A program made the position numbers and the translations under genes. The notes beneath the pieces are model-generated. The model saw only the letters and a program-made list of their open reading frames with translations, was not told the DNA's origin and ran no database searches. From an uncultured Kiritimatiellota bacterium (GTDB lineage: Bacteria > Verrucomicrobiota > Kiritimatiellia > RFP12 > DVOR01), in NCBI GenBank assembly GCA_944389585.1, contig CALXMW010000007.1, positions 11,372 through 75,371 on the forward strand: DNA of 64,000 nt, read 5' to 3'. Shown piece by piece: positions 1 through 8,798 of the stretch. The stretch's first letter is position 1; each line of letters starts with the position of its first letter.

Positions 1-788
1 GTGGCCTCGACGAGGATGCCGCCCTTGAAGACGAGGGCGGTGCCGTCGTCGGCGGCGATCGTGGCGTCCACGCCGTTGATGCCGTTGACGGAGAGGCCGC
101 CGGTGATGGGCAGGTAGTCGCCGACGCCGACGGCGGAGCCCTCGGTGGCGATGATTTTGGCGAAGCCGGACTGCTTGGGGAAGTCCGCGGCGAAGGTGTA
201 GACGGCGCGGGTGTCGGCGCTGTCGTTGGGGTTGCCGACGGAGGTGGGATAGCTGCAGGCGTAGGTGACGTCGGCGAAGGCGTCGTCGAGGGTGGCGGTG
301 CCGACCATGGCCACCTGGCTGGCGGCGACGGGCGCGGGGGCGAAGGCCACCCAGAGGGTGAGGGTGCTCTTGGTCGTGTCCGCCGTGGAGGGGGCGACGG
401 TGAGGTGGACGATCTCGATTTCGCCCTCGTATTCGGGCGTTCCGGAGAGGAGCCCGATGGAATTGACGTAGCCCTCCAGCGCCCAGACGCCGTCCTCGCC
501 CAGGTCGTCGAGGGCGGCCTCGAGGGCGTTGACGCGGGAGCCGAGGGTGTCGGCGATGCCGGCGAGGTCGGCGACGGAGGCCTCGACGGAGGCGACCTGG
601 TTGGTGGCGGCGTTGACGGAGGCCTTGGTGGCGACGGTGTCCAGCGGCCAGATGGTCTGGCCGTCCGTGACGAGTTGGTAGCGATAGGGCGTGGGGGGCG
701 CGGGCGGCGTCTCCGCCGCGGACGCTGCGCGGCTCCCACAAAGGACACAAAGGGCCGCAAAGAGCACAAAGTGTTTCATGGTTTTCAT
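1..788 (-). CDS. Prophage protein with signal-peptide-like N-terminus (3' end outside window)
   Basis: Manual translation from ATG 788: MKTMKHFVLFAALCVLCGSRAASAAETPPAPPTPYRYQLVTDG..., open to the window edge. Starts 5 nt after the stop of the upstream gene. Confidence 0.75.
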   Translation of the reverse strand, partial: MKTMKHFVLFAALCVLCGSRAASAAETPPAPPTPYRYQLVTDGQTIWPLDTVATKASVNAATNQVASVEASVADLAGIADTLGSRVNALEAALDDLGEDGVWALEGYVNSIGLLSGTPEYEGEIEIVHLTVAPSTADTTKSTLTLWVAFAPAPVAASQVAMVGTATLDDAFADVTYACSYPTSVGNPNDSADTRAVYTFAADFPKQSGFAKIIATEGSAVGVGDYLPITGGLSVNGINGVDATIAADDGTALVFKGGILVEA

Positions 789-793
789 CGGCT

Positions 794-2449
794 TCAGTCC
801 TCCACGGGTTTCATGGCGAAGGTTTGGAAGGTGTCGTCCCAGCCCCAGCGGTAGGTGACGCCGCCGGCGGTGGCCTGGACGGAGGAGAGGGGCGCGTAGA
901 GGCCCTCGATCTGGGCGAGGAGCTGGGTTTTGGCGGCGGCGACGGCGGCGGCGATGGCGGCGTCCACCTCGCTCTTGGTGTAGGTCTGGGCCTTGGGGTA
1001 GACGTCGGCGCTGTTGGCCTTTGGGGCGACGGCCTGGGCGATGGCCTGGTTGCGGGCGACGACCTCTGCGGCGATGGCCTGCGCGGTGGCGGTGGAGAGG
1101 GCGTTGTAGGCCTGCTGGACATTGGCCTGGATGGCGGCATTGGTCTGCTCGGCGGTGCTGTAGGCGCTCAGGTCGACGGTGGCGCCGAGGGCGTCCCAGG
1201 CCGAGCCCGTCCAGGCGACGTTCTGGCCGTCCTCGTCCTGGACGTTGTAGACGTCGCCGACGGCGGGGGCGGAGGGGAGGGCGGAGCGGGTGGCGACGCT
1301 GCCCTTGTAGTGGTAGACCCCCGCCACCTTGCCGTCCACCTCGGCCTTGGTGTACGTCTGCGCCTTGGGATAGACGTCGGCGCTGTTGGCCTTCTGGGCC
1401 AGGGCGGCGTCCAGCCCGGCGACCTGCGCGGTGGTGTGGGTGTGGGTCTTCTCTGCTTTCTGGTCGAGGGCGGCCTTGACGGCCTTGGAGGAGGGGACCC
1501 AGTCGATGGCGTCGGCGGAGTTTGCGTGGGCGATTGTCTCGCGGTCGATTTGGAGGGCGAGGGTGACCTTCTGGACGTAGCCGACGGACTCCGGGGTGAC
1601 GGTGACGGGCTTGGTGGCGGCGAGGTCGCCGATGCGCAGGATGGACTTCGGCTGGTTTCGGTTCTGCGGGCCGATGAGGTAGCGCTCCACCACCGTCTCA
1701 TCCGCGCCGAAGGCGGTGATGGACTCGCGCTGATACATGGTGACGAAGGCGTCGTCTTCGGGCTTTGCGCCCTGCTTGCCGGAGACGGCGAAGCCGCCCT
1801 GGGTGCCGTTTTGGGTGACGAGTGCGGTTTTGCCGTGGGTGTCGGGGTCGGCGTGTTCGCCGGGGGCGAGGAGGGGGACGCAGCGCTTGGCGTGGCCCTG
1901 CAGGGCGGTTTCGAGTGCGTTGTCGGCCTGTTGCCGGGCCTGGGTCTCGTCCTTGAGGGCGTCCTGGAGTTTGTCGAGCTGGGATTCGGGGAGGCGCTGT
2001 GCGGGGGTGAAGCCCGGGGAGGGGGCGAGGTCGAGGGCGCCGTAGGCGCGGAAGGAGGCGCCCTGGGGGGTGGTGAGGGCGAGGAAGAAGCGGACGCGGT
2101 CGTGGCCGGTGTCGCAGTCGGGGTCCCAGGTGGCGGAGAGGGTTCCGGCGGCGGGGTCGTATTCGCCGGGCTTTTCGTACCACTCGTCCTCGGCCATGCC
2201 GTCGGTCTGCCAGCGGAGTGCGACGGTGGCGCCGGAGAGGCCGGTGAGGGGCTGGGCGTATTGGGTGGGGGTGCAGGCGAGGGTGAAGGATTCGCCGTGG
2301 AAGGCCCGCGCCCGGAAGGGGCGCGGGGCGGAGACCTCGGTCTGCCAGGCGAAGCGCAGGGGCGCTTCGCTTCGTGAATCGAGAATCGCGAATGGCGAAT
2401 CGTTCGCCCCTTGCGGGGCGTCCAAGGCGGTTGCGTCCGTAGCGTCCAT
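794..2449 (-). CDS. Putative tail fibre / baseplate-associated protein
   Basis: 551 aa with RBS (AAGGAAAAG). Duplicated KANSADVYPKAQTYTK motif and a YKGSV..ALP..GDVYNV...WTGSAWDALG segment typical of fibre proteins. Lies downstream of the head genes. Confidence 0.55.
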   Translation of the reverse strand: MDATDATALDAPQGANDSPFAILDSRSEAPLRFAWQTEVSAPRPFRARAFHGESFTLACTPTQYAQPLTGLSGATVALRWQTDGMAEDEWYEKPGEYDPAAGTLSATWDPDCDTGHDRVRFFLALTTPQGASFRAYGALDLAPSPGFTPAQRLPESQLDKLQDALKDETQARQQADNALETALQGHAKRCVPLLAPGEHADPDTHGKTALVTQNGTQGGFAVSGKQGAKPEDDAFVTMYQRESITAFGADETVVERYLIGPQNRNQPKSILRIGDLAATKPVTVTPESVGYVQKVTLALQIDRETIAHANSADAIDWVPSSKAVKAALDQKAEKTHTHTTAQVAGLDAALAQKANSADVYPKAQTYTKAEVDGKVAGVYHYKGSVATRSALPSAPAVGDVYNVQDEDGQNVAWTGSAWDALGATVDLSAYSTAEQTNAAIQANVQQAYNALSTATAQAIAAEVVARNQAIAQAVAPKANSADVYPKAQTYTKSEVDAAIAAAVAAAKTQLLAQIEGLYAPLSSVQATAGGVTYRWGWDDTFQTFAMKPVED

Positions 2450-2518
2450 CGTTCTTTTCCTTCGCTTGGTTTGTCGCGCGCTTGCCGCGCGTCCGATTCA
2501 CGATTCGCGATTCACGGC

Positions 2519-2950
2519 CTAGTCGAGCACGTGGCCGTGCGAGACGGCGATTTCGGGGAGGGGGAGGGCGACGGCGTCGGGGGCCTCGAGGTTTTCCTCC
2601 TCGGGCGGGGCGTAGGAGACCTTGGCGAGGGCGTCGCGGACGGCCATGGCGCGGTCCCACTCGGCCACGCGGCGCTCGTCGAGGAGACTGCGCATGCCCG
2701 GCAGGCGGGTGAAGGCACGGTAGCGGAAGTCCGCGAGGATGTGGAGGAGGATCTCGGAGGGGACGGCGTCGGGGCGTTTGTCGAGGGCGGTGACGCGGCG
2801 GAGTCCGCCGCGCCAATCCTCGGCGACCTCGTGCGCGATGTCGGCGAGGGGGGAGTCTTGGCCCCAGCCGGCGGCGGCGCGGTCGAGCGCCTCGTGCTCG
2901 GGGGCGGTGAGGCGGGAGAGGAGAGAATCTGCGGTCAGAATCATCCACAT
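2519..2950 (-). CDS. Mu gp36-like head-tail connector (DUF1320-like)
   Basis: MWMILTADSLLSRL..., 143 aa, GAAGGGAG RBS, immediately after the capsid gene as in Mu. Confidence 0.65.
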   Translation of the reverse strand: MWMILTADSLLSRLTAPEHEALDRAAAGWGQDSPLADIAHEVAEDWRGGLRRVTALDKRPDAVPSEILLHILADFRYRAFTRLPGMRSLLDERRVAEWDRAMAVRDALAKVSYAPPEEENLEAPDAVALPLPEIAVSHGHVLD

Positions 2951-3311
2951 GGTGTGTGTGCTCCCTTCGGTCGCACGGTGAATCGTGAATCGTGAATCGC
3001 GAATCGTTGGTGGGTGGGGCTGCGCCCCACGCCCCTTCGGACGGCCCGCGCACCATTCGCGATTCGCGATTCGCCATTCGCGGGTTGCCCCGCCAGAGGC
3101 CCGTGGAGGGCTTCGTGGGGCTTTGGGGTGAAATCCTGCGCCGAAAATCTTTGCAACGATTCTGCGGGCTTGCAGGGGCCTTTGCAACGGCATTGCGCGG
3201 CGGGGCCGCGCGGAAGCTTGGAAGTTTGGAGACTTGGAAGGTTGGTTTTGGCTTCGCCGGTCGCCCTTCGGGCGCGCCAAGCCTCCAAGCCTCCAAACTT
3301 CCCGACGGCCG

Positions 3312-4220
3312 TCAGGCCGTCGCGGCGGAGACGAGGCGGACGCACTTTTCGGCCTGGGCGAGGGCGGCGCCGAAGACGATCTCGTGGGTGGCGTAGTTGG
3401 AGCCGGTGGCGGGGGAGCCGTGGCGGCGCGCACCGAGGACGAGGCCGGAGACTTCGTCGCGGGTGGTGCCGATTTCCTCATAGACGGAGGGGGATTTGAC
3501 GGGGACCAGGCGCGAGGCGACGACGAGGGCGTCGGTGGGGATGAGGGCGCCGTTGAGCTTTTCGTCGGCGGAGGTGGAGAGGTCGCTGTTCTCGATGACG
3601 GCCTTGAAGCCGTAGAGCCCCTCGACGACGCCGTGGCGGATGGCCTCGGGGCCGCCGTAAGCGTTGGCGTCGAGCGTCGCCAGCAGGGCGGCAAAAAGCG
3701 TGGGCGTCAGCATGAGGACGGTCTCACCGGGGTCGATGTCGGCCTTGGAGCAGGTGTCGCGGAGTTTGGCCACCGTTTCCTTGGTGACGGAGGCGAAGAC
3801 GGATTCGTTGGTGGCGGACTTGGGGATTTTGGTTTTGTTGATGAGGGCGGAGACGGAGGAGGCGATGGCCTTGGAAATGGCGACGCCGCTGGCCTCGCCG
3901 GCCTTGCTCCAGAAGTTGGAGCCGTTCACCTCCATGAAATCCTTGTCGGTGAAACCAAAGGTGTGCTTGACGTGGTGATCAAAGGTGACTTCGGGATAGA
4001 GAACGGAACCGTCGATCGTCTCGTAGTTGTTGGTTTTTTCGTTGAACTCGGAGGCGACGCCGTGCTTGAAGACCGGGACCTTCATGGTGGTGCCGGGCTG
4101 GACGGCCTCGCTGGAGAAGTCCGTTGCGAAGTAGACGACCCTGGCAAGGGCCTTGCGGGAAGCGACGATGGCCTTGTCGGTGGCGAAGGTCAACTGGGGG
4201 GAGGTGAGGGAAGTAGGCAT
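3312..4220 (-). CDS. Major capsid protein
   Basis: 302 aa, follows protease/scaffold, has coat-like GTTMKVP and C-terminal EIVFGAAL motifs, AAAGGA RBS. Confidence 0.8.
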   Translation of the reverse strand: MPTSLTSPQLTFATDKAIVASRKALARVVYFATDFSSEAVQPGTTMKVPVFKHGVASEFNEKTNNYETIDGSVLYPEVTFDHHVKHTFGFTDKDFMEVNGSNFWSKAGEASGVAISKAIASSVSALINKTKIPKSATNESVFASVTKETVAKLRDTCSKADIDPGETVLMLTPTLFAALLATLDANAYGGPEAIRHGVVEGLYGFKAVIENSDLSTSADEKLNGALIPTDALVVASRLVPVKSPSVYEEIGTTRDEVSGLVLGARRHGSPATGSNYATHEIVFGAALAQAEKCVRLVSAATA

Positions 4221-4273
4221 GGCGATGTCCTTTCTGGAAGTTTGGAAGTTTTGAGGCTTGGTTGCCTAGGGCC

Positions 4274-5245
4274 TCAGAGGAGGCCGCGCTCGATGGCGGC
4301 GCAGCGCTCCTCGGGGGTGCGGCAGGCGGCCAGGGGGTTGGCGGGCTCGGCGGGGCGGCGGGCGGCGGCGGCGTTGCAGACGGGGCGCGCGGCGGGCTTG
4401 GGCGCGGGGGCGGGGGACTTGAGGCAGGCCAGGGTGGCCTTGACGGCGTCGCGGTTGGTCACGTAGAGGCGCTTGAAGGCCTCCTTGTTGGCGATCTTGT
4501 CCTTGTTTTCCTCGGCGGCGGCCTCGGCCTCGGCGTTGAGGGCGGCCTCCTGCGCCTCGGCGGCGGCCTGGGCGAGGCCATCGACGGCCTGGAGGATGGC
4601 GGCGTCGTCGGCGTCGGGGCCGAGGCCGAGGATCTCGAGGAGGCGCGCGCGGAGGTCGGGCGCGGCGGGGGTGGGTTCGGTGGTGTCGGGTTCCATGGTG
4701 GTTCCTTTGTTGGGGGTGAAAACGTGAATCGTGAATCGCGAATCGCGAATCGTCTCGGGGTGGGGCTTCGCCCCACGCCCCTGCGGCTTGCCTGTCGCGG
4801 CACGCGGTTCCATTCGCGTGTTCAAGACCGGGCGGACGGGCAGATTGGGCTTGTTGGTGAGGCCGACGGAGACGAGGCGGCAGGGGCGGTCGTGAGAGTC
4901 GAGCTCCCAGACGGGGGAGAGGAAGCGGAGGCGGCGGTTGGAGACGGCGTCGGCCCCCGCGTCGGTGAAGCGGAAGGTGGCCAGCAACCCCTTGGCGGGG
5001 TCGACGCGCACGCGCTGGACCCAGGCCGCCGCCTCGGTGTCGCCCCCCGTCTCGGCGTGGTGCTCGAAGTCGACGAGGACCTCGGGGCGGAAGTTGGCCA
5101 CGACGGCCTCGAAGGCGGCGCGGTCGCAGCGCTGGATCACGCGCTCATCCCCGCGCAGGCCGGGGAAGGCGCCGTAGGGGGAGAGCTGCACCTCCAGCTC
5201 GTCGCCGGGTCGGATGGTCTTGGGAAGGGTCTGCGTCGCGTTCAT
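4274..5245 (-). CDS. Mu-like prophage I protein (head protease plus C-terminal scaffold)
   Basis: LVDFEH, AAAWV, RFLSPV and SVGLTNKP motifs of the Mu gpI family. In-frame internal ATG at 4696 with AAAGGA RBS. Confidence 0.88.
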   Translation of the reverse strand: MNATQTLPKTIRPGDELEVQLSPYGAFPGLRGDERVIQRCDRAAFEAVVANFRPEVLVDFEHHAETGGDTEAAAWVQRVRVDPAKGLLATFRFTDAGADAVSNRRLRFLSPVWELDSHDRPCRLVSVGLTNKPNLPVRPVLNTRMEPRAATGKPQGRGAKPHPETIRDSRFTIHVFTPNKGTTMEPDTTEPTPAAPDLRARLLEILGLGPDADDAAILQAVDGLAQAAAEAQEAALNAEAEAAAEENKDKIANKEAFKRLYVTNRDAVKATLACLKSPAPAPKPAARPVCNAAAARRPAEPANPLAACRTPEERCAAIERGLL

Positions 5246-5260
5246 GGCCCTAGTATCGCA
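5246..5260 (-). promoter_or_regulatory. Candidate late promoter, extended -10 (TGcGATACT), leaderless
   Basis: Hexamer ends 6 nt before ATG 5245, no Shine-Dalgarno, just downstream of a terminator. Confidence 0.5.
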
Positions 5261-5311
5261 CGGGGGGCGGGGGCGCTGAAGGGCAAGTCTTGCAACTTTG
5301 CCAAATCTGGC

Positions 5312-5345
5312 AAAAAACGAGCCGCCCGAAGGCGGCCCGTTTTTT
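5312..5345. terminator. Bidirectional intrinsic terminator ending the early operon
   Basis: AAAAAACGAGCCGCC-CGAA-GGCGGCCCGTTTTTT. Confidence 0.8.
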
Positions 5346-5473
5346 GGAAGCTTGGAAGCTTGGATGTTTGGAAGTTTGGAGGAGCGGAGGAGGTTGGGGC
5401 CCGGGCTGTCGCCTGCGGCGACGATGTGGCCGAAGGGGTGTGGGGCGGAGCCCCACCGCCTAGGGCCAAGCCT

Positions 5474-5791
5474 CTAAGCCTCCAAACTTCCCGCCTTCGC
5501 CTCGCCGAGGCGGACGCGGATGCCGGAGAGCTCGGCGGAGAGGCGGTAGGCGCGGTCGGTACCTTTGGCGATGAAGGCGCGGTGGGCCTTGAGGGCGTCG
5601 AGGAGCTCGGCCTCCTTGGCGAGTTGCCTGGCGCGCCAGTCGCGGTAAGCGTCGAGGCGCTGCTCGATTTCCTTGGCGCGCGCCAGGAGGCGTTGACGCT
5701 CTGCGCTGTCGCGCGGCGAATCGTGAATGGCGAATCGTGAATCGTTCGCCCCTTGCGGGGCGTCGGAGCTGTTCTGGCCGGATACTTGCAT
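5474..5791 (-). CDS. Small coiled-coil phage protein
   Basis: MQVSGQNSS..., GAGGG RBS, last gene of the early operon. Confidence 0.55.
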   Translation of the reverse strand: MQVSGQNSSDAPQGANDSRFAIHDSPRDSAERQRLLARAKEIEQRLDAYRDWRARQLAKEAELLDALKAHRAFIAKGTDRAYRLSAELSGIRVRLGEAKAGSLEA

Positions 5792-5883
5792 GGTTTTCCC
5801 TCGGTTTGCCTGTCGCGCGCTTGTCGCGCGCACGATTCGCGATTCACGATTCACCATTCACGGCGGCGTCAGCCGCCTGCCCG

Positions 5884-6435
5884 TCAGGCCTCCTCCGTCT
5901 TGGGCTCGCAGTAGAAGCGCTCGGTCTGGGCGACGCGCAGGCCGCAGGCGGCGAGGTCCTCGGCGTCGAGCGCCTTGCCGGCGACGGCGGCCAGGAGCGC
6001 GGCCTTGTCGAGCTCCTCGGTGGTGCGGACGTATTGGGGGAGGCGCTCCTTGACCATTTGGAGGGCCTGCTCGGCCTTGACGCGGGGGCGGAGGCGGACG
6101 GCGGGGTTGCCGAGGCGCCAGCCGATGGTGCCGTGGGTGAGGACGAGGCTGCGCTTCTCGCCGAAGGCGGCCTTGTGGAGCTCGGCCCAGGAGGCAATCT
6201 CCTCGGCGAGGGCCTTTTGGGCGGCGTCGAGGGCGTCGAGGTCGGCGGCGTAGCGGTCGCGGACGGCCTTGAGCTCGGCGTCCATCTTGGCGGTGAGGGC
6301 GCGGCGGCGGGCGTCCTTGAGGGCCAGCTCGCCCATCAAACGCTCGACGTCGTCGAGCGTTTGGGGCGAATCGTGAATCGCGAATCGCGAATCGTTGCGC
6401 CCCTTCGGGGCGTCAGGTGTGGGTTTCGTTTTCAT
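5884..6435 (-). CDS. gam: Host-nuclease inhibitor Gam
   Basis: Coiled coil followed by HGTIGWR, YVRTTEELDK and FYCEP, the Mu Gam pattern. Confidence 0.88.
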   Translation of the reverse strand: MKTKPTPDAPKGRNDSRFAIHDSPQTLDDVERLMGELALKDARRRALTAKMDAELKAVRDRYAADLDALDAAQKALAEEIASWAELHKAAFGEKRSLVLTHGTIGWRLGNPAVRLRPRVKAEQALQMVKERLPQYVRTTEELDKAALLAAVAGKALDAEDLAACGLRVAQTERFYCEPKTEEA

Positions 6436-6502
6436 GGTGGGATGTCCTTTCTGGAAGTTGGGGGTGTTTGTCGCGCGGCTTGCCGCGCGGGCGATTCGCG
6501 AT

Positions 6503-7162
6503 TCACGATTCGCGATTCACGAGCCTGACGCGGAAGAGGCGGGGAAGGTCCTTGCCGGGGGCGCGCCGGGGCGTCTTGAGCAGCGCGTTCACCGTCAGCA
6601 CGTAGCGGGCGTGGAGGTCGAAGGCCAGGCGCATGGGCCCGCGGGAGCCGTCGGGGAGCTCCTCCCACTTGGCGAAGGGGACGCGGCGGAGGAGGCGGCG
6701 GCGGTGGGTGTCGAGCATCTGGAAGAGGCGGTGGAGGCGGGGGAGGTCGAGGTCGAGCCACCACTCCTCGCCCTCGGCGTGGAGGGCGTCGCGCCAGCCG
6801 GCCTGCGCGAGGACGCCGCGGAGGTAGGGGATGGCGCCGGGGGTCCATTGCTCGGCGAGGTCGGGGAGGGCTTGGGCGATCTCGAAGCACTGGCGGGCGC
6901 ATGCCTCGGCCATCCTGGCCAGGCGGCGGCCCTCGGCCGTTCCCCACCGCATGGCCTCGCCGTGGCTCTCGGCCAGGCGGCTGACGTGGGCCATCAGGCG
7001 GTCGAAGTCGGCGCCGGAGCCGACGGCCTTGAGGCTGGGGACGCCGCAGGCCTCGCGGACGATCTCGTGGCGCCAGGCCTCGCGTTCGCCGGGCGGGATG
7101 CACTGCCGGTCGCACGCCTGTTGGAAGACCTTGAAAAAGGCGACTCTCTGTTTGTCCGTCAT
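6503..7162 (-). CDS. GemA/gp16-like phage regulatory protein
   Basis: N-terminal WRHEIVREACGVPSLK..DFDRLM resembles GemA-like proteins. AAAGGAG RBS. Stop codon is supplied by a heptamer array. Confidence 0.45.
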   Translation of the reverse strand: MTDKQRVAFFKVFQQACDRQCIPPGEREAWRHEIVREACGVPSLKAVGSGADFDRLMAHVSRLAESHGEAMRWGTAEGRRLARMAEACARQCFEIAQALPDLAEQWTPGAIPYLRGVLAQAGWRDALHAEGEEWWLDLDLPRLHRLFQMLDTHRRRLLRRVPFAKWEELPDGSRGPMRLAFDLHARYVLTVNALLKTPRRAPGKDLPRLFRVRLVNRES

Positions 7163-7301
7163 GGTTCACTCCTTTCAGTCGTTCGCGCGAATCGTGAATC
7201 GTGAATCGTCTCGGGGTGGGGCTGCGCCCCACGCCCCCTCGTTGCTTCAATCCTCATTGTGGTATCCTTTTGCATGGTTTGATTCAGCATTTGGAGAAGA
7301 G

Positions 7302-7652
7302 ATGAAAACGTACCGTGACTTAGAGGCTTGGCAGGTCGGGATGGACTTGGTGGAGGCTGTCTATCACCTGGCCCGGCGACTTCCCGCCGAGGAACGTTAT
7401 GCGCTGTCGGACCAGTTGCGCCGGGCGGCGGTCTCGGTGCCGGCCAACATCGCGGAGGGCTACGCCCGGAACTCCCCGGCGGAGTTTCGCCGATTCGTGC
7501 TGATTGCGGCGGGGTCGTGCACGGAGGTGCAGACGCACCTGCTGATTTGCGAGCGCGTCGGGTTGCAAACGCGTGAGCAGACGCGCCCCGCGCTGTTGCT
7601 GACCGACCGGCTTGGCAGAATGCTCCATAAGTTGGCCTCCTCGTTGGGCTGA
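7302..7652 (+). CDS. Four-helix-bundle protein (23S rRNA IVP / TIGR02436, Avd-like fold)
   Basis: MKTYRDLEAWQ...EERYALSDQLRRAAVSVPANIAEG...FRRFVLIAAGS..EVQT signature. GGAGA RBS and TGgTATCCT -10 at 7260-7268. Confidence 0.92.
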   Translation: MKTYRDLEAWQVGMDLVEAVYHLARRLPAEERYALSDQLRRAAVSVPANIAEGYARNSPAEFRRFVLIAAGSCTEVQTHLLICERVGLQTREQTRPALLLTDRLGRMLHKLASSLG

Positions 7653-7697
7653 CGATTCGCGATTCACGATTCACGATTCACGGAGTTGGTGCGCGCG

Positions 7698-8783
7698 TTA
7701 GCGCGTCACCAACTCATACGCGCGGAGGACGTGGGGCCAGGCGAGGGGCTCGCCGCGCTTGGCGGCGAGGTTGCCGCCCAGGGCGAGGAGCTTGGTGTAG
7801 CGGTTGAGGCGCATATGGCGGAAGGTGGGGAGGGCCTCGGGCGGGGGCTCGGGCAGGCCGTAGGCCGCGGCCACCTTGAGGAGATCGCCCCACGGCAGGT
7901 CGTCGGGGAGCACCAGGCGCTTGATGCACCGCTCGCTGAACTGCTCCAGCCACCCCTTGAGGGGGCCCTGGATGAGGTCGTGGTCCAGCGCGCGGGTGCC
8001 GCAGACGACGAGCCCGCAGCCGGAGAGGTCGTGGAGCTCGCGGATATACTCCATGATCTTCATGGCGGCATGGCGGCCCGAGGAGATGGCGAGCTGGTGG
8101 AGCTCGTCGACAATGAGGAGGGACTTGGAATCGAGCGCCTGTGCGACGCGGCGGCGGAGTTGCTCGGGGGTGGCGCGGGTGGTGACGCCGCAGGCCTCGG
8201 CCAGGGCGAAGAGGGCGGTGCGGAAGCCCGGCGCCGCGGGCATCCGCACGTAGCGGACGACGTACTCCGAGCGCCGCTTGTATTCCAGCAACGCCGTGGT
8301 CTTGCCGAGCTGACTGGGGCCGACGACGATGGCGGGCATCTGGTGGATCAGCGCCAGGTCGCAGGTCTGGCGGATTTTCTCCCAGACGCTCGTCTCCACG
8401 AAGGCGGCGCTCGCCAGCTTGGCGCGCTCGGCGCGGAGGTGGCGGTATTGCCGGATCTTCTCGATGACGTTCTGCCAGGAGCCCTGATAGGCGCCGTTGA
8501 GGACGCGGCTGACGGTGGAGGCGTTGTAGCCGATGCGGCGCCCGGCCTCGGCGTAGCTGAGGCCCTCGGCGCGCATCTCGCCGATGAGCCAGAGCACCTG
8601 CGCGCGGTCGTCGCCGGTGAGGGTGCCCTCCTCCACCAGCGGCGCGAGCGCCCGGCTCACGGTGTCCGCGCTCATGAGGGCGAGGCCCGTGGGCGGCTTC
8701 GCCGCCGGTGAATCGTGAATCGCGAATCGCGAATCGTCCCGCCCCTGCGGGGCGACGGATTGCGCTGTGTGTGTCGTGTCCAT
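7698..8783 (-). CDS. MuB-like transposition AAA+ ATPase
   Basis: N-terminal HTH, Walker A GPSQLGKT, Walker B LLIVDE, directly after the transposase. Confidence 0.9.
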   Translation of the reverse strand: MDTTHTAQSVAPQGRDDSRFAIHDSPAAKPPTGLALMSADTVSRALAPLVEEGTLTGDDRAQVLWLIGEMRAEGLSYAEAGRRIGYNASTVSRVLNGAYQGSWQNVIEKIRQYRHLRAERAKLASAAFVETSVWEKIRQTCDLALIHQMPAIVVGPSQLGKTTALLEYKRRSEYVVRYVRMPAAPGFRTALFALAEACGVTTRATPEQLRRRVAQALDSKSLLIVDELHQLAISSGRHAAMKIMEYIRELHDLSGCGLVVCGTRALDHDLIQGPLKGWLEQFSERCIKRLVLPDDLPWGDLLKVAAAYGLPEPPPEALPTFRHMRLNRYTKLLALGGNLAAKRGEPLAWPHVLRAYELVTR

Positions 8784-8798
8784 TGTGTACTCCTTGGG

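Noticed and set aside
6831-7301. N-terminal extension of the four-helix-bundle ORF
   Set aside because: It is antisense to the GemA-like gene. The RBS and family start point to ATG 7302.
7302-7652. Diversity-generating retroelement or 23S rRNA intervening sequence
   Set aside because: The fold is Avd/IVP-like, but no reverse transcriptase, TR/VR pair or rRNA sequence is visible in the window.
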